Assembly (NCBI GenBank): GCA_039588275.1
Contig: JBDHAC010000067.1
Span: forward strand, 1 to 17,288
Direction of reading: 5' to 3'
DNA length: 17,288 bases
Source: Gemmatimonadota bacterium
GTDB lineage: Bacteria > Gemmatimonadota > Gemmatimonadetes > Palauibacterales > Palauibacteraceae
The notes beneath the pieces were generated by a model. The model was not told the origin of the DNA. It saw only the letters and a list, made by a program, of their open reading frames with translations, and made no database searches. Made by a program: the position numbers and the translations under genes. How positions within the stretch are numbered: position 1 is the first letter of the stretch; each line of letters starts with the position of its first letter. This document shows, in pieces, positions 1-7,807 of the stretch.

Positions 1-228
1 CAGCTCGAGGACGTCTTCGCCCTTGAAGAGGATCTCTCCCGAAGTGACCTCGTACCCCGGGTGGCCCGCGATGACCTTCGCGAGCGTGCTCTTTCCGGAC
101 CCGTTCGGGCCCATCAGCGCGTGGATCTGTCCCGGGCCGACGGCGAGAGTGAGACCCTTTAGGATCTCGACGTTCTCGCCCTCCACACGGGCGTGCAGGT
201 CGCGAATCTCCAGCAGATGCTCGGCCAT
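1..228 (-). CDS. sufC: Fe-S cluster assembly ATPase SufC (5' part; runs off the left edge)
   Basis: Manual translation from ATG at 228: [76 protein letters not shown]. Walker [10 protein letters not shown] plus the SufC-typical GHPxYEVTxG. AGAAGGA RBS upstream. Not in the ORF track because there is no stop in the window. Confidence 0.95.
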   Translation of the reverse strand, partial: MAEHLLEIRDLHARVEGENVEILKGLTLAVGPGQIHALMGPNGSGKSTLAKVIAGHPGYEVTSGEILFKGEDVLEL

Positions 229-328
229 GCGTTCGAAGTCCTTCTGTTCAGTGCCTTTAGCTGCAAAGGCCGGGACCCTCAAACGGGCGCCCGGCCTGGA
301 TCTGGTCCTGGTTTCCCAATTAACCCTT

Positions 329-357
329 AACCTACGCTAGTTGAGACTCGTTTTCAA
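329..357 (-). promoter_or_regulatory. sigma70-type promoter for sufC: -35 TTGAAA (357-352), 17-nt spacer, -10 TAGGTT (334-329)
   Basis: Minus strand reads TTGAAA-ACGAGTCTCAACTAGCG-TAGGTT, in an AT-rich patch about 100 nt upstream of the sufC ATG. Confidence 0.65.
341..357. promoter_or_regulatory. Fur-family-like inverted-repeat operator TTGAGACTCGTTTTCAA overlapping the sufC -35
   Basis: Imperfect palindrome TTGAGA-N5-TTTCAA resembling the 7-1-7 Fur-type box TGA(T/G)AAT-N-ATT(A/C)TCA. Its position over the -35 of an Fe-S assembly gene fits a repressor site. Confidence 0.55.
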
Positions 358-533
358 GTGAAGCGAAGGGCTTGAGGACAGGGTCTCGCACCGGGGGGGC
401 CGACACCGGCGGAACGGGCGCCCCGCGACGTCGGAACCACTGGCCCCGCGCTGGCGGGCCCGGCGTCGCGGCCTGCCCTGCCCTGCCCTACGTTCCCGAG
501 GCCACAGCGAGCGAAGCCGAGGGAGGAGGTCCG

Positions 534-1562
534 ATGCGGGCCGCATACATCGAGGAACACGGAGACCCGGGCGTGCTCCGGGTGGGAGAGCTTCCCGAGC
601 CCGAGGCCGGCCCGAGAGATGTCGTCGTCGAGGTTCGAGCCGTGGCCCTGAACCACCTGGATCTCTGGGTACGGCGGGGGCTTCCGGGTCTGGACCTCTC
701 GATGCCGCACATCGGGGGCTCCGACGTCGCCGGTATCATCGCGCACGTCGGTGCGGAAGTCGGGAATTGGGGGCCGGGGGATCGGGTCGTGGTCAACCCG
801 AGCCTGTGGTGTGAGGGGTGCGAGTGGTGCATGCGTGGCGATCACAGCCTGTGTCAGGCGTTCGGAATCCTGGGAGAGCACGTGCCGGGCGGACTGGCCG
901 AGCGTGTCCGGGTACCGGCGCGGAACCTTCTCCGCCTGCCGGACGGGTTCGAGTTCGAGCCGGCCGCCGCGGCACCGCTCGTCTTTCAGACCGCCTGGAG
1001 AGCCGTCATCACGCGCGGGAAGTTGATGGCAGGGGACCGCCTGCTGGTGACGGGTGCCTCAGGTGGCGTGTCGACCGCCGCGATTCAGATCGGGAAGCTG
1101 ACGGGCGCGACGGTGCTGGCGGTCACGAGCGGACCGCAGAACGTGAAGCGTGTGCTGGAGCTGGGGGCCGACGTCGCCATCGATCGACTGGAGGAGGACT
1201 TCTCGCGCCGGGTCTGGATCGAGACGGAAAGACGGGGTGTGGATGTGATCGTGGACGGAGTCGGCGAAGCGATATGGGAGTCGGCCCTGCGGACGCTGGC
1301 GCCGGAAGGACGGCTCGTGACCTACGGCGCGACTACCGGGCCGGAGGGACGCGTAGACATCCGGCGGCTCTTCTGGCGTCAGGGCACGATCATGGGAAGC
1401 ACCATGTCCGGCGCGGCGGATTTCGAGCGCGTCATGCGGTTGGTCTTCGAGGGGGTGCTGTCTCCGGTGGTTGACGAGGTACTCCCACTCGATCGGATTC
1501 GCGACGCGCACGAGCGGCTCGAGCGCGGCGACGTGTTCGGCAAGATCGTGCTCGTCCCGTGA
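534..1562 (+). CDS. Zinc-binding medium-chain dehydrogenase/reductase (quinone-oxidoreductase-like), 342 aa
   Basis: Start MRAAYIEEHG after GGAGGAGG RBS (the ORF-track start at 372 is too far upstream). ALNHLD in place of the catalytic Zn Cys, GGSDVAG, structural Zn lobe CEGCEWC-x7-C, Rossmann GASGGV, C-terminal GKIVL. Confidence 0.92.
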   Translation: MRAAYIEEHGDPGVLRVGELPEPEAGPRDVVVEVRAVALNHLDLWVRRGLPGLDLSMPHIGGSDVAGIIAHVGAEVGNWGPGDRVVVNPSLWCEGCEWCMRGDHSLCQAFGILGEHVPGGLAERVRVPARNLLRLPDGFEFEPAAAAPLVFQTAWRAVITRGKLMAGDRLLVTGASGGVSTAAIQIGKLTGATVLAVTSGPQNVKRVLELGADVAIDRLEEDFSRRVWIETERRGVDVIVDGVGEAIWESALRTLAPEGRLVTYGATTGPEGRVDIRRLFWRQGTIMGSTMSGAADFERVMRLVFEGVLSPVVDEVLPLDRIRDAHERLERGDVFGKIVLVP

Positions 1563-1608
1563 CCGATCATCCCGTGACGCATTGGCGAACCGCCTGCTGA
1601 GGACCCCG

Positions 1609-3279
1609 ATGCCCGCACTGAACCGCACGCATCACCTCGCACGGCTCCGCGAACAGGCGTTCGACCTGCTCGTGATCGGCGGTGGGATCAGTGGCACGGC
1701 CGTCGCTCGTGATGCCGCACGGCGCGGATTCCGCACCGGGCTCATCGAGGCACGTGATTTCGCCGAAGGGACCAGCAGCCGCTCGTCGAGGCTGGTGCAC
1801 GGCGGTCTCCGCTATCTGGAGCACTTCGAATTCGACCTGGTCTTCGAGGCCTCCCAGGAACGCCGCCGCTTGCTTCGTATCGCGCCGCACCTGGTGCGAC
1901 CGCTCGAGTTCCTCTTCCCGATCTTCGAGGAGGGCCGGATCGGCCGGGTGAAGCTGGATGCCGGAATGTGGCTTTACGACGCGCTGTCCCTGTTCCGCAA
2001 CATCGAACGCCACCAGATGCTGGATCGCGACGCGCTGCTGGAGATCGAGCCGCGGCTGCGCAGTGAGGGACTGCTGGGTGGGGCTCGGTACTTCGATGCC
2101 CAGGTGGATGACGCCCGTCTCGTGATCACGACGGCGATCGCCGCGGCGGAGTCGGGTGCTGCCGTGGCCAACCGGGTCGAAGCGAAGGAGATAGACACCT
2201 CGGACTGGCCCGGGCACCGGGTGTTGGCTCGCGATGCCGAGACCGGGTCCGAAGTGCTCATCGACGCCCTCTCGATCGTCAACGCTACCGGGCCCTGGGT
2301 CGACGAAACGCTGCGGCGCGCCGGCGTGAGCACTGACTCGCTCGCCCCGACGCGCGGCACGCACGTGCACATACGCCGCGAGCGGTTGGGTCACTCGCAC
2401 GCGTTCATCTTCGAGTCGCACCTGGATGGACGCATCATGTTCGTCCTGCCGTGGCGTGACCTGACCCTGATCGGAACCACGGACGACTACCACGAAGGTG
2501 TTCCGGAGGGTGTTTCACCGACCGCCGACGATGTTCGCTATCTGCTCGACTCCACGAACCACTTGTTTCCGGAGGCACGTTTGACGGTGGAGGATGTATT
2601 GAGCGCGTGGGCCGGTCTGCGCCCACTCGTGTCGGCCCCCGATGCCGACGTCGGTGCCGGAGAGGGGGACGTGTCCAGGGACTTCACGATTCGCGAGGGG
2701 CCACCCGGCCTGTTCACCCTGGCGGGCGGCAAGCTGACGTCGCACCGAGCGATGGCCGAGGAGACCGTAGATGCGGTGGCACCGCTGCTCGCTCGGGCGG
2801 GTGTGAAGCCGGTCGCGAAGTGCGATACGGCCAGAGTGGCGTTGCCTGGCGGTAGCTTTCGGGACATGGATGAGCTGAAGGCGCACGTGCGAAACGAAGC
2901 GGCTCGGTCGGGCATTCCGGAAGAAGGGGCAGATCGGCTCGCGAGGGCGTATGGCTTGCGCGCCGGGCATGTCCTCGGGCTCGTCCGGCGCCGTGAGGAG
3001 CTGGGCCGACCGATCCTCGAGGGGCGGCCGCACATCGGGGCCGAGGCGATTCACGCGGTGAGATCGGAGATGGCGTTGCACGTCGAGGACGTCCTTTATC
3101 GACGGACGCGAATCGGGCTCGAGACAGCCGCCGACGTCGAGTCGGCGGCCCGGAACGTGGGTGAATTGATGGCTCCGGAGCTTGCATGGACCGGGGTGGA
3201 CGTCGCCGCGGAGGTTCGGCGGGCGGTCGAGGTGCGAGAGCGCGACGACCGAGCGCTACGCGAGCTGGGAGACTCTTGA
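1609..3279 (+). CDS. glpD: FAD-dependent glycerol-3-phosphate dehydrogenase/oxidase, 556 aa
   Basis: FDLLVIGGGISG FAD motif, DFAEGTSSRSSRLVHGGLRYLE, VDDARL, NATGPW, IGTTD, WAGLRPL, GGKLT, RRTR. ATG 1609 has a GAGGA RBS. Confidence 0.92.
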   Translation: MPALNRTHHLARLREQAFDLLVIGGGISGTAVARDAARRGFRTGLIEARDFAEGTSSRSSRLVHGGLRYLEHFEFDLVFEASQERRRLLRIAPHLVRPLEFLFPIFEEGRIGRVKLDAGMWLYDALSLFRNIERHQMLDRDALLEIEPRLRSEGLLGGARYFDAQVDDARLVITTAIAAAESGAAVANRVEAKEIDTSDWPGHRVLARDAETGSEVLIDALSIVNATGPWVDETLRRAGVSTDSLAPTRGTHVHIRRERLGHSHAFIFESHLDGRIMFVLPWRDLTLIGTTDDYHEGVPEGVSPTADDVRYLLDSTNHLFPEARLTVEDVLSAWAGLRPLVSAPDADVGAGEGDVSRDFTIREGPPGLFTLAGGKLTSHRAMAEETVDAVAPLLARAGVKPVAKCDTARVALPGGSFRDMDELKAHVRNEAARSGIPEEGADRLARAYGLRAGHVLGLVRRREELGRPILEGRPHIGAEAIHAVRSEMALHVEDVLYRRTRIGLETAADVESAARNVGELMAPELAWTGVDVAAEVRRAVEVRERDDRALRELGDS

Positions 3280-3773
3280 GGACCGCACCGGCCAGTCCGT
3301 GGCTCGGGGTCTGGCTGGCAGCGGCCGCCGGGTGCGGGCCAGCCCCCGAGGACACGGCGGGAGCCCCTGGCGCCGTCACCGTCGACACGAACATAGGCGG
3401 CATCGACTCACCGAACGACAGCGGTCCATTTGGTGCTTCGCCCACCGGCACCCCACCACCCGCGGACGCGGCGGGGGAGCCAACGCCCTTCCCGGACCTG
3501 GACGGAGAGACGGCCCTTCGCACCTACGAGCTCTGGATCGTGAACCGATCGCGTATGGACCTGCTTGTATATGCGAGCGCCGGGGCGGGCCGGGTGACTT
3601 TGGACACGGTGCCCGGTCGCGATTCGGTCAGAGTGAACGTCCAGGTCAGAGCCCGGAGCCTCAGCCTCGACGCCGAAGACGCGGACGGGCGAACGATCGG
3701 CTCCACGATACTGGAGCTCGCGCCCGCCTCGTCCAACCGATGGGAGATCGTGGGGCCCGGAGGCGTGCGGTAA
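3276..3773 (+). CDS. Hypothetical lipoprotein, about 165 aa
   Basis: TTG at 3276 overlaps the glpD TGA (TTGA), with GGGAGA upstream. MRTAPASPWLGVWLAAAAG|C lipobox, Pro/Gly/Asp linker, beta-rich C-terminal domain (LWIVNRSRMDLLVYA...). Confidence 0.7.
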   Translation: MRTAPASPWLGVWLAAAAGCGPAPEDTAGAPGAVTVDTNIGGIDSPNDSGPFGASPTGTPPPADAAGEPTPFPDLDGETALRTYELWIVNRSRMDLLVYASAGAGRVTLDTVPGRDSVRVNVQVRARSLSLDAEDADGRTIGSTILELAPASSNRWEIVGPGGVR

Positions 3774-3890
3774 CGGGGGAGGAGCCCCGGTGGCCGCGAA
3801 TGAAGGAGGCAGCGCGGGACGGTGGGCGCTTGTACGCGCCGAGCACCCCGCTTATCCTCGGTCGGATCTGTGTCCACCTACGGAGGATCG

Positions 3891-5267
3891 ATGGCAGTGA
3901 CGGGCCCTGAGAGCCGCGCCACCTGGGGGTCGAAGGCCGCGTTCATCCTCGCCGCGGCGGGGAGCGCGATCGGCCTCGGCAACATCTGGGGATTCCCCAC
4001 ACAGGCCGGGAGGAACGGCGGCGCCGCCTTCCTGGTGCTCTACCTGATCGCGGTGGCCCTCATCGGAGCCCCGGTGATGCTTGCCGAGCTCGTGGTAGGC
4101 CGAAAGACGCTGCGCAACCCGGTCGGCGCCTTCAAGCAGCTCGCGCCGAAGACCGCCTGGTATGTGTTGGGCGGGTTCGGCGTGCTCGCCGGCGTGTTGA
4201 TCCTCAGCTTCTACAGCGTCATCGCGGGATGGACCGTGGCCTACATCGTCAAGGCGGTCACCTGGACATTCCGCGGCGAGGTCGATGCGGCCGCGATATA
4301 CGCCAGCGTGTCGGCCAGGCCGCTCCCGGCCATCGGCTGGCACCTGCTGTTCATGTGTGTCACGGTGTGGGTCGTGTTGGGCGGCATCCGGCAGGGCATC
4401 GAGCGGTGGACGAAGGTGCTCATGCCGGTCCTATTCGCCCTGCTCGTACTCCTGGCGCTGAGAGCGGTCACGCTACCGGGCGCGGCGAACGGGCTCGACT
4501 TCTACCTGAGGCCGGACTTCAGCGCCGTCACCGGAGGAGTCATCGTGAACGCGGTCGGACAGGCGTTCTTCTCGATGAGCCTCGGGATGGGCGCGATGAT
4601 CACGTACGGCTCCTACGTATCGAAAAGGGACGATCTGGTGTCGTCCGCCGCGTGGGTCACGGGTGCCGATACCCTGATCGCGATGCTGGCCGGGCTGATC
4701 ATCTTCCCGACCCTGTTCGCTTCGGGATTCGATCCCTCGGTCAGCGGTCCCGGGATGGTGTTCGTGGTGCTTCCATCGCTTCTCGCTTCGATCCCGCCCG
4801 AGCCGTACGGCGGTCTGATCTTCGGTACCGGCTTCTTCGTGCTGCTGGGAATCGCGGCGCTCACCTCGAGCATCTCGTTGCTCGAGGTCGGGGTGACATG
4901 GGCCGTCGACGAGCGGCGCATCTCGAGGAAGAAGGCGGCGATCACGCTGGCGATCATCGCGTTCGTGGTGGGGATCCCCAGCGCTCTGGCGAACGGGGCC
5001 GTCCCCTGGCTGACCTCGCTCCCGGGCATCGAGCTGGACTTTCTGACCTTCATGTTCACGATCTTCGGCGTATTCGCCTTGATCGTGGGAGCGTTGCTGA
5101 TCAGCCTGTTCGTGGGTTGGTACTGGGGGGTCGCGAACGCCGGCGAGGAGGTGAGGGCAAACGACGGGAAATTCCCGCTCGGCAGGACATGGTCCTTTCT
5201 GATACGCTGGCTGTGTCCGGTGGCGCTAGCCGGCGTACTGATCAACAATCTCGTCCAGACCTTCTGA
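3891..5267 (+). CDS. Sodium-dependent transporter, neurotransmitter:sodium symporter (NSS/SLC6) family, 458 aa
   Basis: RATWGSK..FILAAAGSAIGLGNIWGFP..AGRNGGAAF, GQAFFSMSLGMGAMITYGSY, AALTSSISLLE; many TM helices; GGAGG RBS before ATG 3891. Confidence 0.95.
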   Translation: MAVTGPESRATWGSKAAFILAAAGSAIGLGNIWGFPTQAGRNGGAAFLVLYLIAVALIGAPVMLAELVVGRKTLRNPVGAFKQLAPKTAWYVLGGFGVLAGVLILSFYSVIAGWTVAYIVKAVTWTFRGEVDAAAIYASVSARPLPAIGWHLLFMCVTVWVVLGGIRQGIERWTKVLMPVLFALLVLLALRAVTLPGAANGLDFYLRPDFSAVTGGVIVNAVGQAFFSMSLGMGAMITYGSYVSKRDDLVSSAAWVTGADTLIAMLAGLIIFPTLFASGFDPSVSGPGMVFVVLPSLLASIPPEPYGGLIFGTGFFVLLGIAALTSSISLLEVGVTWAVDERRISRKKAAITLAIIAFVVGIPSALANGAVPWLTSLPGIELDFLTFMFTIFGVFALIVGALLISLFVGWYWGVANAGEEVRANDGKFPLGRTWSFLIRWLCPVALAGVLINNLVQTF

Positions 5268-5466
5268 CGCGGGGGCACGGCGGCGCGCTCAACGAGCGGA
5301 CGCCACGGCACGTTCCGACGCTTGCCAGGTACGACGACCTGGGCAGGGCGCCTCCGTGCGGAATACTGCAGGACCTGTGTGGTTCTGCCGCAACATCGCA
5401 ACAGCGATCACGCGCCGGTCGGCGTCACAAACCGTTATGCTCGTACGTCTTGGTGATGGCGGCGCG

Positions 5467-5483
5467 CCGGCAAGAAACCTGCA
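5467..5483 (+). promoter_or_regulatory. Candidate sigma54 -24/-12 promoter CCGGCAAGAAACCTGCA
   Basis: GG-N10-GC spacing is exact. Matches YTGGCACGNNNNTTGCW with 3 mismatches. Lies in a 400-nt intergenic gap upstream of the small ORF at 5666. Confidence 0.5.
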
Positions 5484-5665
5484 AGCTTCGACCATCGTTC
5501 AGATGGATGGCGGCCGCCGCCGCGCGAGTGATCGACAGCGCTCCGGGGACGTCATCCGTCATGAATCCGGAGACGCTGGGGAGGCGGTGCGGGCCGGGAC
5601 CGCTGAAATGGTTTTGAAGGAGGCTCGATACCGAAACACACGTTGTTCGCAGTGAGGAGGAACCG

Positions 5666-5818
5666 ATGAAGCCGTACTACCTGCTCCTCGCTATCGCGGC
5701 GAGCATCGCGGCGATCGCGATCAGCCAGCGTGAGGATCAAGAGCAGGAGGCCGCGCGAGCCCAGAACGCCGAGGTCGAACCGGACACCGAGTCCGAGATG
5801 GAGGCGTGGTTCATCTGA
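5666..5818 (+). CDS. Small membrane-anchored protein, 50 aa (MKPYYLLLAIAASIAAIAISQREDQEQEAARAQNAEVEPDTESEMEAWFI)
   Basis: Strong GAGGAGG RBS just upstream of the ATG, GC3-rich codons, N-terminal hydrophobic helix plus acidic tail, and a downstream terminator hairpin. Shorter than any ORF listed in the track. Confidence 0.8.
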   Translation: MKPYYLLLAIAASIAAIAISQREDQEQEAARAQNAEVEPDTESEMEAWFI

Positions 5819-5870
5819 GCTCCCGCCAACTGAAATGACCCGGGGTCGCGCCTCGGGGGCGTTTGACTCT

Positions 5871-5906
5871 AGGCCCGGGTCGACTCGGTGTCGACCCGGG
5901 CCTTTC
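5871..5906. terminator. Intrinsic, probably bidirectional terminator between convergent genes
   Basis: Perfect 14-bp stem AGGCCCGGGTCGAC-tcggt-GTCGACCCGGGCCT followed by TTC, between the 50-aa ORF and the CDGSH gene. Confidence 0.75.
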
Positions 5907-5941
5907 ACATCTCGGATCACTCACCAGGGCCGACACCAGGG

Positions 5942-6157
5942 TCATTCACTCGCCCGATTCACCGCGTCGAACTCGAGGCTTGAGTGCGACCCATCGCAGA
6001 ACGGCTTGTTCCGGGACCCGCCACAGCGGCAGAGAGCGATAGACGGCCGCCCTGCCGTGTCCCAACAGTTGCCCTCCGCGTCCACCACTTCGGCGGCCCC
6101 TTTGACCAGGTACGGACCGTTGTCCAGGATCGTGATCACGACACCCTCGTCGCTCAT
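5942..6157 (-). CDS. CDGSH iron-sulfur domain protein, 71 aa
   Basis: MSDEGVVITILDNGPYLVKG...IALCRCGGSRNKPFCDGSH carries the NGPY and C-x-C-x8-CDGSH motifs. GGAAGGAG RBS before ATG 6157. Confidence 0.95.
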   Translation of the reverse strand: MSDEGVVITILDNGPYLVKGAAEVVDAEGNCWDTAGRPSIALCRCGGSRNKPFCDGSHSSLEFDAVNRASE

Positions 6158-6252
6158 CTGAGACTCCTTCCAACTTTCGAACGCACTCGACAGATACACA
6201 CCATCGGCGGACACTTTGTCCCCCGAATGAATCGCGTTCAGCGAGGAGGCGT

Positions 6253-7590
6253 TCACTCTTCACGCGTAAGGCGGTAGATGAGCAGCGCCGCCCTGACGGT
6301 GGCCGTCCTGAGCGAACCCAGCTCGACGCTCTCCTCGATGGTGTGCCCCCCGTCGCCAAGCGGTCCCAGCCCCGCTAGCCCATCGACGTACGGCGCCACG
6401 AAAGAGATGTCCGCCGCGCCTCGCGCCCCGGGATCGACGGCATCGACGGCGCCGAGCCCCAGATCGCGACTGACCTCATCGAACAACTCGAACAGGCCCC
6501 GGTTCCCCGCCGTCGGCGGCATGGCGGGATACCCGTCACGGAACTCGATCTCGGCTGAGGTTCCCGGTAGGTGGTCGCCCACGATCTCGCGCATCTTCGA
6601 CCTGGCCCGTTCCTTCTGTTCTTCGCTGATGAAGCGCAGTCCACCATCCACGACGACGGTCTGCGCGATCACGTTCGTCTTCCCGAACGAGGTGCCGCGG
6701 TTGAACGCCGGGTCATATTCCACGTCCGTACCGCCGAGCATCACACCGGGATTGAACGTCAAGTACTCCTCGCCACGCACGTTCTCGTGAAACGCGTTCA
6801 GGATGCGAGCGGCCTCGAAGATGGCGCCGCTCCCGTAGTGCTCGCCGAAGATCTGCGATGAGTGGCCACGGGTGCCCGTGACCCTCAGCGTCCAACCGCT
6901 CGACCCGCGGCGCGCGACGGTCGCGGAGTTGGCGCTCCCCACTCCGCCCTCGAACCCGAGCGCGACGTCCGCCTCGATCCCCGCTTCGATCAGATCGCGT
7001 CGGCTGATCTTGATCGGGTGCCCCGGACTCTCCTCGTCCCCGATGAGCGCCACCGTGATCGAGGTGCCCGCCAAAACGCCGGCCGCGTGCAGGGCCTTGA
7101 GGGCGTACAGGATCACGAGGTTTCCCCCCTTCATGTCCTCCACGCCCGGACCGCGCGCCGTGTTGCCTTCGCGCTGGAAGCGCTGGAAGGGGCTGTCCTC
7201 TTCGAACACCGTGTCGAGGTGTCCGATCAGCAGGATCTTCTTGCCGCGTTCGCCGTTCCGCTCGGCGAACAGGTGCCCCGCGCGGTTCACCTGGGCGGGC
7301 ATGTCGATCCAGCGCACCGCGAAGCCGAGCTCTTCGAAGTACGGCTCGAGCGCACGACCGACCGCCCGCACGCCAGCATGGTTCATGGTGCCGCTATTCA
7401 GGTTCACGCTGTGCTCGAGCATCGCGATCGCCTCCTCGGCGTCGGAGTCGACGTGCTGAACGATGCGTCGCTCGACGTCCGTGAGACCTTGCCCGACCGC
7501 GTCGCCGGTAGCGCCCGTGAGCAGTGCGATACAGAAGCAAACCGGTCGAGCTCCCTGTATAGCTCGGACGCCTGCAGGTACAGATCGCAT
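6253..7590 (-). CDS. Exported M20/M25/M40 metallo-hydrolase (carboxypeptidase G2-like), 445 aa
   Basis: GHLDTVF, GPGVEDMKGG, GDEE, FEGG, GHSS, GGHTIEE metal and catalytic motifs; N-terminal signal-like segment; GGAG RBS before ATG 7590. Confidence 0.92.
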   Translation of the reverse strand: MRSVPAGVRAIQGARPVCFCIALLTGATGDAVGQGLTDVERRIVQHVDSDAEEAIAMLEHSVNLNSGTMNHAGVRAVGRALEPYFEELGFAVRWIDMPAQVNRAGHLFAERNGERGKKILLIGHLDTVFEEDSPFQRFQREGNTARGPGVEDMKGGNLVILYALKALHAAGVLAGTSITVALIGDEESPGHPIKISRRDLIEAGIEADVALGFEGGVGSANSATVARRGSSGWTLRVTGTRGHSSQIFGEHYGSGAIFEAARILNAFHENVRGEEYLTFNPGVMLGGTDVEYDPAFNRGTSFGKTNVIAQTVVVDGGLRFISEEQKERARSKMREIVGDHLPGTSAEIEFRDGYPAMPPTAGNRGLFELFDEVSRDLGLGAVDAVDPGARGAADISFVAPYVDGLAGLGPLGDGGHTIEESVELGSLRTATVRAALLIYRLTREE

Positions 7591-7807
7591 TCGATTCTCC
7601 ACGTTTCGGACCGCCCGGATGGCGAGCCGACGCAGTATGGGGGGGAGACGAACGCGCGGCCACTGACGCGCCGGCCCGAACACCAGCCAGGTCCCGCTCG
7701 AACATCATCCAGAACTTTGGCGGGGCGAGCGGGTTATGTTGAAGGTCACATCACGGTCGGGAAGCGGTTCCGGGGGACGGTTCGTGACAGGTCAACGAGG
7801 ATCTCGC

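Noticed and set aside
23..340. 105-aa plus-strand ORF
   Set aside because: Antisense shadow of sufC, which has clear motifs on the minus strand.
396..480. Possible cobalamin riboswitch (CCCCGC and ACCACTG-like words)
   Set aside because: Lacks a recognisable B12 box and the conserved GGGAA/GGAAG elements in the right order; downstream genes are unrelated to B12.
372..533. N-terminal extension of the MDR ORF (likewise 1471-1608 of glpD, 3822-3890 of the NSS gene, 7591-7683 of M20, 10757-10876 of the Cys3His gene)
   Set aside because: Low-complexity extensions. The downstream starts have good RBSs and coincide with domain or signal-peptide beginnings.
4229..5617. Long alternative-frame or antisense ORFs (4229-5617 +, 6862-8253 +, 7751-8827 -, 9129-10559 -, 15867-17276 -)
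   Set aside because: Arg/Pro/Gly-rich translations without motifs that overlap well-supported genes; expected in high-GC DNA.
7712..7735. GAAC-N17-GTT upstream of the DUF3179 gene as a fourth ECF promoter
   Set aside because: Spacer is one base shorter and the -35 context (AGAACT) differs from the other three. Possible but not supported enough to call.
7740..7749. TGAAGGTCAC shared with 11420-11429
   Set aside because: A single shared 10-mer with no symmetry is expected by chance in a window this size.
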